A DNA stretch of 64,000 nucleotides from Adineta vaga (Eukaryota; Animalia; Rotifera), in the NCBI GenBank assembly GCA_021613535.1, contig CP075494.1, forward strand, positions 6,448,001 to 6,512,000, given 5' to 3'. The notes under the pieces were generated by a model that was not told the origin of the DNA, searched no databases, and worked only from the letters and a program-made list of their open reading frames with translations. Of the stretch, positions 12,091 through 25,963 are shown piece by piece (the stretch's first letter is position 1; the number at the start of each line of letters is the position of its first letter). The position numbers were made by a program, and so were the translations under genes.

Positions 12091-13641
12091 CTATTCTTCA
12101 ACATCAATAATCATACTGATCGAATGAGTATTATTAATAACAGTCAATTGTGAACTAAGTATGATTTGATTTGTAATACTACATAATTTACTTTTCACGG
12201 AACAGTTATCATTGACTTTTCGAAATTGATTATCTCCATTTTTATACGTATACGAGCCACTATTTGATGGAGGTAATACTAAAACTCCATAATTATTCTT
12301 AATTTCACATTCAATTGGAATTGTTACCCATTTCATTGTTGCATTAACTGAATTAATAATACCTTTCTGTATCACCGAATTCGTATCATCAACTACAAAT
12401 CCAATTAATTGTCCAACATGATCGGAATGTATCCGAATTGATCGAAGTTTCATCGGTTGTTTTAATGAAAACTTATAACCACGAGCGATATTCTGTTCTT
12501 TCGAAATAACATCTGTTCGATTATCACTAATTTTCGAAAGATCTATCGGTATAGTTTTAATTGTAATACCATCTTTCTTGACAACATGTGATTTACTTTT
12601 AATATTTCCTAGTCGTAAAATCATATCAGCTAATTGTTCTAAATCTTTATCATCTCGTTTGAATGTATGCCGTTGTATAATACAACCTTCATCTATTTTT
12701 TCATATTGTTCACTAAATTCTTTATATTTATGAATTAATATTGATTTAAATTTTAAGATTTGTACTGAATCTGATGATTCTAACATTTTTCGAATACAAA
12801 ATTCTTGAACTGTAGTTAATTTTAAATGTTGATCAACTTTCATTTGTTGTTGACTTAATATTTTCATTGTTTCAACTTGTTCATCTTCTAATTGTTTAAT
12901 CAATACACATTTTCGTTCTTCTAATAAACGTTGAAGATTAGCAAATAATTGTGCTGTTTCTTGCATTTCATAACGAACTATTTCACGTTGACGTTCAATC
13001 GCATTTTTCATTGTATTTGAAAATTGTGTTAAATTTCGTTTGATTTCATTGACTTCATGCATAACTTTTTCGAAATTATCCGTTGCATCTGCAGCTGCAT
13101 CTTTCATTGGTAGAAATGTATGATCTTTATGTTTAAATAATAAACAATCACGACAAACGAGTGTATCACATTGAGTACACCAATATTTAAACTTTTCATC
13201 GACATGTTCGGAACAAAAAGAAAGAATTTTGTTTGACAGAGATACGATAGTATGAGTTTGAAAGATTTTAATTGCATGAACAGATTGTGTACAGGCTTCA
13301 CAAAGATTTGTTCCACATTTTTCACACCAATTCAATGCTTGTTTTTCATTGCAATTTTCGCATGGATAATAAGTTTTCTTATCCAATGATGGATTGATAT
13401 TCAATAGAAAATCGACCATATCTTTTGCGGTTCGATTAATCGGTAGTTTATCAATATCATTTTGATCGATTATTTCATCATCTTGAAATGGACATATAAC
13501 TTTGTCGTCTTGAATGGATGTTCGAATGCAATTATAACAAAATGTATGTGAACATGGAAGAATACGTGGATCTTTGTAACGATCGTGACATATGGTACAA
13601 GTGATCAATTCTTGCAATTGATCAGTATTTGTACTAGTCAT
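12091..13641 (-). CDS. TRIM-like E3 ligase, intronless, tandem copy 2
   Basis: Same architecture, collinear with copy 1 over the full length; 516-aa ORF. Confidence 0.9.
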   Translation of the reverse strand: MTSTNTDQLQELITCTICHDRYKDPRILPCSHTFCYNCIRTSIQDDKVICPFQDDEIIDQNDIDKLPINRTAKDMVDFLLNINPSLDKKTYYPCENCNEKQALNWCEKCGTNLCEACTQSVHAIKIFQTHTIVSLSNKILSFCSEHVDEKFKYWCTQCDTLVCRDCLLFKHKDHTFLPMKDAAADATDNFEKVMHEVNEIKRNLTQFSNTMKNAIERQREIVRYEMQETAQLFANLQRLLEERKCVLIKQLEDEQVETMKILSQQQMKVDQHLKLTTVQEFCIRKMLESSDSVQILKFKSILIHKYKEFSEQYEKIDEGCIIQRHTFKRDDKDLEQLADMILRLGNIKSKSHVVKKDGITIKTIPIDLSKISDNRTDVISKEQNIARGYKFSLKQPMKLRSIRIHSDHVGQLIGFVVDDTNSVIQKGIINSVNATMKWVTIPIECEIKNNYGVLVLPPSNSGSYTYKNGDNQFRKVNDNCSVKSKLCSITNQIILSSQLTVINNTHSISMIIDVEE

Positions 13642-14267
13642 TGATGATACTTCTATAGAGATTCAAATCTTTGTTTTTATGTAGTAATCAAGGTGACAAA
13701 AGACATTTTTTTTCTTCTATTCGTCGATAAAAAAAAAGCAATAAGAGACATTTTTCTTTTCTTTTCAATTCGACGATGTACACGTGTTATTAAACAAACT
13801 TGTATTTGTTTACTTTATTGAAAAGTGGAAATCTTACTCTTCTGATACTTTCGTACAATTCCACTTAAAAACCAAGGTTTATCGAACAATCCTATCAGCA
13901 TATGATATTTAGAAAGATTGCAATATCGAGGAAAACATCACGAAATTCTGTTTGTTATTTAACATCTGGATTAGATCTCTCTCTCTCTCAAATTGATTAT
14001 GAATAACATAACTTCATCAAATATTCTGCATATCAATGATTAAATCATTTCAGAATGAATAAATACTATTAGAGAATCACGAGATGAAACTACTTGATAT
14101 TTGATTTTCTATATAATTACTCAAATAATGTCACACCTGACATTCATTTCGATTTCATATCAAGTTGATTCATAGATCATAAAATTGAGGATCTATAAAA
14201 ATCGTTTTGTCTGTTAACGATTCGTTATCAAACAACATTTCTCTTCCACAAACTCTTTTCTTCAGCA

Positions 14268-15167
14268 ATGAATCGAACAACAACAACAACAGCACGTTCA
14301 AACAAAAATGGTCATGCTAGTTATAAAATCACCCGAACAATTACCGATACTGATGGAAAGAAACATACTGAAACTATGGAAATGGTTGATGACGACGCAA
14401 TAAAAGTGAACTTAATTATCATAGTAATAATTTTTTCTATTCTTATTTTAATAGTATATGCAAGGTGTACGATTACAAGATAATGATGCATCCGGCAAAA
14501 ATAGATTTGGATTTTGTTCATTAACACATCCAAGTAGTTTGTTTCGTTCAACAAAACCAACCGCTGCAAAACAATCGCCTACAGTTCAAGATAATAATGA
14601 ATTTATTCGTGAAGCACTACAAGTACATAATGAATTACGACGAAAACATGGTGTTGAACCACTGCGATTAAATAATGATCTATGTAAACTAGCTCAAGAA
14701 TGGGGTAGATATCAACTCATTTGTTTTGTTCACCAAAAAATATCTTTATATTCTTTATTTTAGCGAATCATTTAACAACAACTGGCGTTCTTGTACATAG
14801 TAAAACCAAATATAAAAATCAACAAATTGGAGAAAATCTTCGTTGTCAATCATGGCCAGTGACAGGTTTAGTTTCTTTCTCGATAACTTCTGCTCTGTTT
14901 CATATATATATATATATTTATTTATTTATTTATTTAGGCAAAGAAATGACTGAATCATGGTATAATGAAGCGAAGAAATATGATTATCATAATCGTCAAT
15001 TATATCAATCTGAAACGGGTCATTTTACTCAAGTTGTTTGGAAAAATTCTCAAGAAGTTGGTTTCGCTCAAGTTCAAGGTCCATCAATGAACTTCGCTGT
15101 TGCTATGTATCATCCTGCCGGAAATTTTCTCGGTAAATATGAGGAAAATGTATTTCCGCCGAAATAA
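14268..15167 (+). CDS. CAP/SCP-domain protein, GAPR-1/GLIPR2-like (4 exons)
   Basis: HNELRRKHGVEPL, AQEWA, GENL, WYNE, GHFTQVVWK, YHPAGN motifs; no signal peptide. Confidence 0.9.
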
Positions 15168-16058
15168 ATTTTATTGTACAAAATAAATCATGGACATATT
15201 TTTGGGTTTTATTGCAATCAATGGAAAATAATCCGTAATTAACGCTTTATAAGAAAATAAATAACAAGAAAAACGAATAGAGCAAAAAGTAACAGATATA
15301 AATAGATTTTCCAACTACCCGATCGAGCCAATAAAATAACACGACGACGTGCTTGTCCAACCAAGCTGTCAGTATGATCCATATTATCATGTAATTCCTA
15401 GTAGAAATAACATATGGTTTCAAAACAAAATTGACTCTCTCGATCAATGATATCGTAGTGTTTTACATGCGTTTACAAGAAAACATTACGATGTCATTTC
15501 CTAAAGGTTAACTTCGAAATACTTTCTAACAAACCTTTAAATATTTGTTTTGGAATTTTGTTTCTTCACCAATTTGCACTGCTAGATGTTTGAGTTGATT
15601 AACTTTAGAATTTAATAATTCCGTTCGTGCTTCATTTTGTTCTTCAATGTACGAATAATTCGTACGTCTCGAATGTGTATTAGATTGTCGTTCATCATTC
15701 ATTGTTTTCTAACAACAAAACATCTGAAGTCAACACTAAAAAAATACATGAAATTCATATATTTCAAAGAAAGTTTTATTCATTTTCAAACAAAAACAAA
15801 TAAGAATATTAATAGAAAAATTCATTCCATAGACTACTAATACAAAAATGATCAAGCACACAAGAGTAAAAAAGAAACACTGTACAAGAGTAGCACGCAT
15901 ATATAATCACAACAAAAAACGAGAGAAAGAAAACTTCAAACAAGGAATGTCACAGTTGTACTGTTCAAAAAGATCATAAGAGAAATAACAAACAGTAAGG
16001 ACGGAGAATCACATTATGTTGATTAATTTTAAAAAAAGTGAACAAAAGAGCACAAATA

Positions 16059-19000
16059 TTATTTTCCGAAACTACTACTAAAAAATCGTCGTTCTTTCAA
16101 TTTGGTTAAACTTGATGAACGCGACTTTTTTTCACTTGTTCCAGATCGGTAGGATGCTGATGATTGAGCCATCAGTCTTTCACGTAATCGACTAAGTTCG
16201 ACATGTTTAAGTTCTTTAATTTTAGTTTTTAATTGATCACGATCTTTACTTGATTTAATACCCATTGCCTAGAACGAGATTGTTAATCATAGATGAAAGA
16301 AATCTCCAACTAATTTACCTTCATTTTCGAACCATCGAGTACTAAGAGTTTTTCACCATCGATATTTCGATTGAGAAATATAGGAATTAACGAAGTCATT
16401 CTCTGAGCTGTTAACCATTGAATACAGCGATCGGTTGTCCAATCTTTAATCTCAACATACTTGACAATAACGAAAAAACAGAATAATTAAAAGACCATGC
16501 TTAAAATTTCAAATTACCTCATCAGTAGAATATGCTTCATTGCCTAAAAATACGATAAACTTAGAGAATTGATTTACATTAAAAGAAATCTTCTACTAAC
16601 TCGTTTTTTCTTTGAATGAATCTTTAGAAATATTTGTTCTCGTACTAAAAAAAGCACGAATACATAAATATTCATATAGTTTTACAATGATAATTTACTC
16701 ATTAAAATTTGAATCATTGGAAACTCCACCAAGTGATGGTGTAGATACATGTAAAGCTGGTACGTTCATTGTATAGGTTTTGGTTATATGAGCTTTATTC
16801 AATGATGCACTTCGATCAAATTGATCCGATGATTTATTATGCATTGTTGCTAAAAGAAAGATGAAAAAAAATTTTCTATCAAATCAAAAAATCTAAACTT
16901 ATTTCGATGAGTAATACCTGAACGCATTTGCCAAGGTTCAAGATCATGCTGTGAACGTGTTAGCATTTTTTCTAATGATAACGATGGAATACGAACGGAT
17001 GATACTGTAATTGGTAAACGATTAGTTGATAATAGTGGTTGACCAGAACTGGAACGTGTTCGAAAGGTTGAACGTTCAGGTACATCAGGTGAATATGAAA
17101 CTGAATATTCCGTGTTTTTAAATGACGATAAATTACTGTCAGATCTTGTTGCTGATGTTGCAATAACTTTTTCAAGATCTTCAATCTAATAAGAAAAGAT
17201 AAATTCATCACCTCATCGATCAATGTAATAACAAACTTTTTTCATCAATTGATTAATATGTTTATCTTGTTGTTCGGATAATTCTGTTTGCTGTCGTCGT
17301 AATTCTGCATCACTATAAAATACAAATAAATATATGTATATATTTTCAATAAAAACTTGTAAACAGTTAAATTTATATCGAATTGACGTTTATATAGTAA
17401 ACAAAAAGCGGTGTTTTTAGTGTTTTTCTTTTACCAACACCTGAATACCTACATTGATTAAAATCTGTTATATGGTTTTTAAATAAGAATGAAAATAATG
17501 ACTTGGATAAAACTTATAATTATCTTTTTACATACCGATCTTGTAGTTCTTTGATTAATGTCGTTGCTTGTGTATATTTCTCTTCGATTTGTTTGAGATC
17601 ATTCTGTGCTTGTTGATAAAGTTGCTAAATAAACATGAAAAAAAAGGTTGATGATAGGTTTCGTACTTGAAAGAAACAAATACACTTACTCGATAATGTT
17701 CTCTTTCTTTTTCTGTCGTATCTAATGTTCTTTCTAGAGATTCATAACATTGCTTGAGAATTTCAATTTCAAATTCGTTCGACATTTTCTCATCAATTGG
17801 CTACAAAGAACAAAGATATCTACACGAAATCAAATCCGATAGATTTACTTCTTCTTCTTCTTCTTCTTCATTGAAATTTTGTTCATAATAAGCATCATGA
17901 TATTGTTGCAATGTTTCAGGAATATCTTCTCGTTGTTGATCTAACTGTAATGATCGTTGAATAAGAGCAAATATTTCCGATTTTTCTGGTTCTTTTTCTC
18001 GACCAATTAAAAATCTACTATGTTTCATTCAACATTCAGAAATACACATACAAAAAAACAAACATACTTTACTAAACCCGATGTCGTTTTTAAAACATTC
18101 GTAGCACATGCATGCGTAACACCAACAAGTGATTTTTCGTTGACTTCAATAATTTGATCGCCAACTTGAATGCTATTTTGAAAAAAAAAAGATTGAATAT
18201 TAATTATGATTATTCATATCAAACAGAAACATTTACCGTCCGTCTTTAGCAATAATTCCCTGAGGATTTAATGATTTCACAAAAATACCTAATTTTTCTA
18301 AGCCACTATCAGCACCAACACCCATTCCCAATACGCTTCAACAAATAAATTCAATAAACTAGATGACAAGTCAATTTTCATACCTTATACCAAGACCATC
18401 AGGTCCTAAAATGAACAAATCAATCATATATATTCAATGATCAATAATGTATCTACCTTTTTCGACTTCTACAGTAAAAACATTCATTTTTTCAATTCGT
18501 TTTTCCAATTCAAATTCTGCTGCAGCTGCAAATGGATCAATATCTTCATTTCGTCGATCATACTCACTAGGTGAATATGTTGGATAAACCTAAATAATCA
18601 ATGATCGATTTATTTTCAATTAACTCTTTCATCTTACTCGAATTGGTGCATGACTAAATTTAACTCGTTTCGTTTCATTTGATATGTTCTCATCTGGAAG
18701 TTCTGGAATACCAGGTTTTTCATAGAAAACTGGAGATGATGATCTGTTGTCTCCTTGAGTATGATCAGTTTCTAAATGAATTAAAACAATATTTGTTTTA
18801 CTGTTATGATTGTATGACAGACAGATGTATTTGTTACGACCTAGGACGATAAGAAGAAACGGAGGTGTCTACGAGATCTGTCATTTTTCTTTCTCTACAT
18901 GTAAGATAACATAATCTATTTTGGATCAAAAAAAAATACTGAGATGGATAACTCGTAGTATGTATTAGTTATTCGACAGTAAACAAATTACATTTACACT

Positions 19001-19705
19001 GATTGATCTCGATTCAGAATAAGTTTTTGACTTACCATGATATGTTGTTGGAGCTTCAGTTAATTTTGATAAAACATGTTTTTCATCATCGGAAAACATT
19101 AATTTCGGTAGTGTTTGTTCAATTTTCGTTGGTTTAACAAAAACAGTATTTAAATGATCCATACGTTTAAGTACATTGAAAGGTAGAAAACGTGTTGTCA
19201 ATTGTTCATTCGATAATTTGATGTCGTTTTCATCGCGATGTTGTTTTTTAAATTGTTCAATAGCATCAGCTGGAAAATCATAATGTTGTTCAGCATTAGA
19301 ATACCGTCGATCGATAATTGCATACGATACATCTTCAGTTCCATTTGGAACTCCATCAAATGATCGATTTGTTGATGATTGTTTAGAAATCTCATGGCTA
19401 CGTTCTTGTCGATTATTAACCATCGATTTTGTTGTTAGCAATGATTCATTATTACATGATGTTGTTTCATCTAATGTATGAAAGATTCCTTTTGTTTCCT
19501 GATAATTTGATGTATGATCATCTGAGTTTAATTTATTTGCCATTAATGAATGATCAGTAAAGACATTACGTAATCGTGTAACATGACCATTATATTTATT
19601 ATTTGTATGAGAGGTCTCTGTTGGAGTATCAACGAGAAGATTCGATGTCGAATTAGTATTGGTAAGAAGAGATGGTACTGCTGAATGCAGAAGAATGTTT
19701 GCCAT
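16059..19705 (-). CDS. PPP1R9: Neurabin/spinophilin (PPP1R9 family): PP1-binding motif, PDZ, coiled coil, SAM
   Basis: KRVKF (RVxF) then [27 protein letters not shown]; [35 protein letters not shown]; C-terminal SAM ([21 protein letters not shown]). Confidence 0.93.
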
Positions 19706-22375
19706 TTATTATCTTCGTCTTAATTGTTTGTTTGGGCGGAAGGCTTGTCGCCTGCCCTAATATCGTTCTTCTATCGTCTTAACAACGGTTGCATACATCA
19801 ATCAATGATAGAATATTTATTCTATCCTTGGTTTTAACGAAGATTTCGATAATAATCATTAACAAATAAAAAAAAACGATACGTGTAAAAAAAATGAAGA
19901 AAAAAAAACTAGTTATCTAAAGAAAGAGAAATAGTTGATCTTATGTAGGAAAAAAAAGAATGAAAGTGAGATCGATTGTTTGTTGATAAGAAAGACATAT
20001 AAGCAAATATTCGAAGTAAACATTGGTTAATTTAAATGGAAAATAAAATTGAAATCGCTTTCAGCTCAGCACGATTGCTCTCGTACTCGTTCTTTTCTCT
20101 TAACATGAAGGAACGAACGAACGAAAGAAAAAAATTAAAATAAACAGAAATAATTATTTGTTAAATAAAAAAGCCAACCGTATAAATCTTTGTTTGATTA
20201 AGACCAGACATTGAGGACATCTATATGACCCTGTTCGAAAAAAACAAATTTTGTTGCTTATCATCAATTCTGTTTCTAGAATACATCTAAAAGCTTAATA
20301 TCAGTTCTTTTATTCTTATCTTCGCATAACAAATCTATTTATAATTTCTATTTATAACTTGCACCTTTGAAAATCTATCTTTATACATGTATATTGAATT
20401 ACTGATCGAACACAACCACATACATAACTGAAAGGTATATATATATATATTTGAAACTCAATTGATTGTTATTAAGAATCATTGAAGGACAAAAAATATT
20501 TTTAGCTGGATTATTAATAATACATTTGATTGTTGTTGAGAAAAGAAAAAGAGAATAAAGTCATCTTCTTACGTTTGAAATGAAGTAGTTTTACTTCAAT
20601 TAAGAAAAGAGTCAGGCAACCGTGTATTCGAATAATATAAATATTATTCAACAAGAAAATATTTTCTTTCTCATCGGCACTTGAAGATGGAAAGATCTAA
20701 ATGATGAAACACAAAAAACTATCTCAGAGTTATTTTTAGCTTTATCTTTTTCTTCTTCTTGGTCGTCGTCATCGTTTTCTTCTTCTTGTTCTTCTTCTTC
20801 TTCATTTCTTTTTCTCTTATCGACTCAATGTTTGTCTATGTCACGATAGCATACCAGGGTGTTATTGATGCTTGTTTCTAGACCCCTCTCTATTATTATC
20901 CTGTATTGTACATCTTTGATATCAACCATAACATCATCAGATTTCTATAAAGATTATTGATTTATTGATATAAAAGTTTATAAAATCAAAAAACAAAATT
21001 TCTTTTCAACTTTTTCGTTTTCTTTTTCAATAGATCTTGTTAGTTAATATAATAGAATCCTAATTTTTTTTTATTCAGATCGAAGAACGTTGCGTACATT
21101 GTAAGTCTGTAACTTGTCATCAAAACGATTAGAACGATGGTCGATAAAAATAGCGAAAGAGAGGAAAATCCTAGTGTACAAAGAAAGAATATAATATGTC
21201 ATTTGGGGAGAAAAAATACATTCGATAAAAATAGTAATTGATGAATAGGAAGAAAGAAATAGCCACATCAACTATAATACAAGCCGGTTAAAAAAAGAAA
21301 ATAAGAAGAGAGAAAGAAAACGAACGGCAGGTGAAGTATTATGTAAGAGGAATGAGTGAAGAATACTTTTGTTCGAAAGATTTGAAAAAGAAAGTAACGA
21401 AAAAAGATATTTCTTTCTTTTTGTAATTATTAGGCATGTTTTTCTTCTTTTCTTTGACGTAGAATTTTATGTTCTCTTGTGACTATTGCTATTTTTAGTT
21501 TTACTCCGTTCTTCTCTTCTCACTTTTCTTCCTTTTCTCCTTCATCTATCCATTCACAAAAAAAGGTATACACCAGTGTTTTGATGTTGCTGCTTCTATA
21601 TATTTTTTCTCTCTCTCTCTCCCTTTCATTTATGTTAATAGAAAAATGATATTACCTACACAAGAGAAAAAGTTCGTTCTAACACAACAGAAATTATTTA
21701 CATGTATTCGAGCGGATCTATACATATATAATAAGAAAACTGTTTGTTTTGCACTTTTAAGTGTAGCTATGGTGAGAATATATGATTATATTATTGAAAC
21801 AGCTTTCTTTTTTCTATAAACGACAAGTGGTAGCTAGATCAGATTTATATAGATAAGTAGGTCACAGAAAAAAGATTTTATTGAAAAATTATCAATCGAT
21901 TATTGTTTTCACTTGTTCGATAATGTCTTAACTTCTCTGATTCCATTCTAATTATCGAACTATGATGACCTTTGTTATTATTTTTCTCATAAAGCACCGT
22001 AAATAGCATGTTTTTGTCTCATTCTGAGCTGAGTTTTTTTTTGCTTTCTTTTTTTTTCTTTTCTTACTCTTTGGGTTTTGCTTTTTTTTATTCGTCTCAT
22101 ATGAAGAAAGAGAGGAAGAAGAGAAAAACACACGCACACACACACACACACATATTCTTCTTTCTTCGACCAAAATTGACTGGTAGACACTAAACAAAGA
22201 GATAAAGCAAAACTAAGTGGGAGTAGCATCTGTAAAGAAGTATGAATAGAGAGAGAGAAGAGTATATCATTCATTTCTTTTCTTTCCTTTTCCTACTCCT
22301 TCGTTTCTTTTTATTTGTATTTACGTTTTGTTTTTCATTATAGAAAGTTATAGATTTCTTACATAACCATTCTTC

Positions 22376-25300
22376 ATGGTAGACTTTTGTCGACCATCAT
22401 CTTTGCCGGGCAATAATACAATAGGCTCTGGTAATTCGCCAACTTCGAATACAAATACTAATCCAAATTTAAACAAAGACGGAAATTCGAAATATTTCCC
22501 ATCTGTATTTGTAAGTATAAATTCAAAATCTAAGAACATTTTTTTATTGAAGGTCAACATTTGGCATGTGATCGAAAAGAAGAATATTGAAAAGGATTCA
22601 AATGTAATTCAGTCTTTTTCAGATATGTCCTCAGATTTTCGAATGAAGTTCTATCGGAACAAAATAAATAAATTTACATGTTTTACTTATATATTTTCTG
22701 TTCTACTCATTCATTGTTTTAGCTTCCTTACTCGCATCTCATTGATCCTGGTAGACAAGAATCTGTCACAGCAGCAGTAGTAGCAGCAACGGCTGCTGCA
22801 GCGGCCGCATCATCAGCAATGGAACAAACACGTCTTGAAGAAGAAAAACTACGTGTTCACGCAAAAGATAAGAAAGATCAAAGTAACTCACGATTTGTTT
22901 TCCTTATCTTGAAAAACTCTTTTTCAATCTTTGATTATTGTAGGTGCTAATGCCTCGGCTGAAGTTAAAACTCATTTGAAAAGTTTTCTTCATCGAAAAC
23001 TACAAAAAGAAGGCAAATTAGAGTAAGATAGAAAACAAAAGAATGTTTATAAATGAAAGTTTTTTTTTTATAGAAATCAAGATTCAATGGAAATGCTTCG
23101 ACGATTTCAATCAGAACCGGTATTAACTAATCCACGTCTTGAATCGGGAAATTTTAAAATCAAATCAGACTTACGTCAAAGTATTCTCTATCGCCATAAG
23201 CAAGTTACTCCGATGTCAGATAAACGTCATCCGATCCGTTCAACAAATCCAGCTCAAATACAGCAACCAGCTGGTAAACAAAAGTTCTCTTTTACATTCA
23301 TTGAAAATATCTGTTTTCTTTCAAAATGTTTAGTACCAACTGTTCCGTTAATATCATTTACTTCCCAATCAGCTCAAATACCTCTGCCTGAACATTTATG
23401 GTTGGCGTTTCCACGTGCACTCTATGGTTGTTATTCAACTGGTAATCTAGGTGAAAATGCCCAATTAAATTCCTTAACAGCAGCAACAACAACAACGACA
23501 CATGAAAATCATCAACATACAAATATTCTTGGTCCAAAACATTTCATTGTTGAAGAAGAAAATGAAGCATTATTAGCGAAAGAATTACAAGAAGCAAAAA
23601 TTCAAAGTACACATAATAGTCTAAGTTCAATGCATAGTAGTCAACCACATCTATTAAATTTTGAAACAAATGACTTTTGTCATCGAAATCCAAATGTAAG
23701 AAGGACAATTTTTATGTTATTTATTCATAAAATGAAAACTTTTTGCTTTAGTTATTACTCGATCGGTTAGCATTACATTCCAAATCATTATCTTCTTTAT
23801 CAGCAATATCATCATCAACAACTGAAAAGAAATTACAGAAAAGCCTTTCTGGTAGTATACAATTACGTTTTACTACTGGTAAATATCATTTTTGTTTGTT
23901 ATTTTTAATGATCTGTTATTTCAGGTATTGCCTACGATGATGATACATTAAAACATGAATGTTATTGTAAACGTACAGATATTCATTTAGAAAATCCTCG
24001 TCGTTTATTAGTTATTTATGATCAATTAAAAAAATCAAATTTATTAGATGATTGCGAAATTATTCGTGGTTATTGTGCAACCATTGATATGTTAACTGAT
24101 TGTCATGAGTAAGTACTTTTTCCACTATTTCTAACAAGTTCAACTAGATGAGAGAAAAAGAAGTATGTTGATTTAATTGCGTACAATATTTACATGTGTA
24201 GAATTGAACTTAGAAACATACAGAATAAAGAATGAGTACTATAGAAAGCTTTTAGCAAAAAAACATTTTTTTTATGAATAATAAAGTATGAAGAAAAATA
24301 ACAGTTAGATGTTTGCACTCTTAAGATATAATATCAAAGTTCACCTTTTCTGATAAAGATGTTTTGTTTTTTAAAGATTAACAATCATAATATCAGAAAT
24401 GGGAACACTAGTTTGACGTCGTTGTGCCTCAATCTTTAATGATGTTTATCATGTACCGAAAAAGCTATAGAGTTCTTACGTATCATGGTCAATACTCTAT
24501 GAATTAACAGTAGACAGATTTATTATAGTTTCCTATGCTAGAGTACATACCGGATAGTGCGTATTCACCCCTTGAAATTATATTCAACCAATCTGTAAAA
24601 TTTCTGGAAACCTTTTGTACTTTTATTGCTTTAAGTTGATTAAGTACACAATTATATTCTTTGAATTTATTTTAGTCCTGGACATGTTTATTTATTTGGT
24701 TGCGATCAACGACAACGTAGTCAACAATCAACTGCTATTTTAACTGAACGTTTAAATTCTATTGTTCGATTGCCTTGTAATGGTTTTGGTATCCATGATG
24801 ATACAGATACGATATGGAACGATGATTATACAGCACGAGCATGTCGACTAGCTGTTGGAAATACAATTGAATTAGCAAAATATGTTATCGATGGAAAATT
24901 AAAAAATGGTTTTGCACTTGTTCGACCACCCGGTCATCATGCAACACAAAAACCATTAGGTTTTTGTTACTTTAATACAGTTGCACTTACAGCAAAATAT
25001 TTGAAGAAGCATCGAAATCTCGAACGAATTGCAATTGTTGATTGGGATATTCATCATGGTAATGGTACTCAAGATTTAACCTATGATGATCCCAATATTC
25101 TTTATATATCATTGCATCGGTATGATAATGGAACATATTTTCCGGGTGGTGGTCGAATAAATGAAGTAAGTGAAAACTAATTGATAAGGAAAATCATTGA
25201 CAATGTTTCATTTTTTTTCATAGTGTGGATGTGATGATGGTTTGGGTAAAAATGTCAATATTGCCTTTTCTGGTGAACCTCAATCAGTCATGACTGATGT

Positions 25301-25963
25301 AGAATATTTAGCAGCATTTCGGTATGGCAATTTTTATTATGTTTATATTCTCATATGTAATTATTTTCTTTTTCAGAAGTGTTGTTATGCCAATATTAAA
25401 ACAATTTCAACCGGAAATTATTCTTGTTTCATGTGGTTTTGATGCATGTATGGGACATCCACATCCACTCGGTGGTTATGAATTAACACCAACATGTAAA
25501 GAAGAAAAAAAACAAAGAAAAGATTTTCTCTTTAATTGATAATTTCTTTAGGTTTTGCCTATATGACAAAAGAATTGATGAATTTATCTAATGGAAAAGT
25601 TGTACTAGTTCTAGAAGGTGGCTATGAATTAAATGCATTAGCAGAATGTGGAAAATTGTGTATTGAAGCATTACTTAATCGACCGGTAAAGATAAATCAC
25701 CCTTGATTTTTTTTTGCAAGATTATCTTAAATTTTCTTTTCATTCAATAGATACCAACATTTAGTAACGAAACTCTTGAAAGTAAACCAAATTCATATGC
25801 TGTACGTAGTTTAAAACAAGTCATTCAAGTTCAACGTATGTTATTGAATACTACTGCATGTTTTAAACTAACTATTATTTTTGTTTCAGGTGAATTCTGG
25901 CCGTTAATTGATCAATATAAACATTTAATATCCATATCACATACCAAGGCTATGGAGTCATGA
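22376..25963 (+). CDS. HDAC4: Class IIa histone deacetylase (HDAC4/5/7-like), multi-exon; start codon tentative
   Basis: MEF2-binding-like [16 protein letters not shown], 14-3-3-like LRRFQSEP, catalytic [36 protein letters not shown]. Confidence 0.93.

Noticed and set aside
19706-22375. Short ORFs between neurabin and HDAC4
   Set aside because: They derive from A/T homopolymer and dinucleotide tracts; probably promoter, UTR and intron sequence.
24109-24676. Long HDAC4 intron as a possible transposon or cassette exon
   Set aside because: No terminal repeats, ORF or convincing splice-site pair found by eye.
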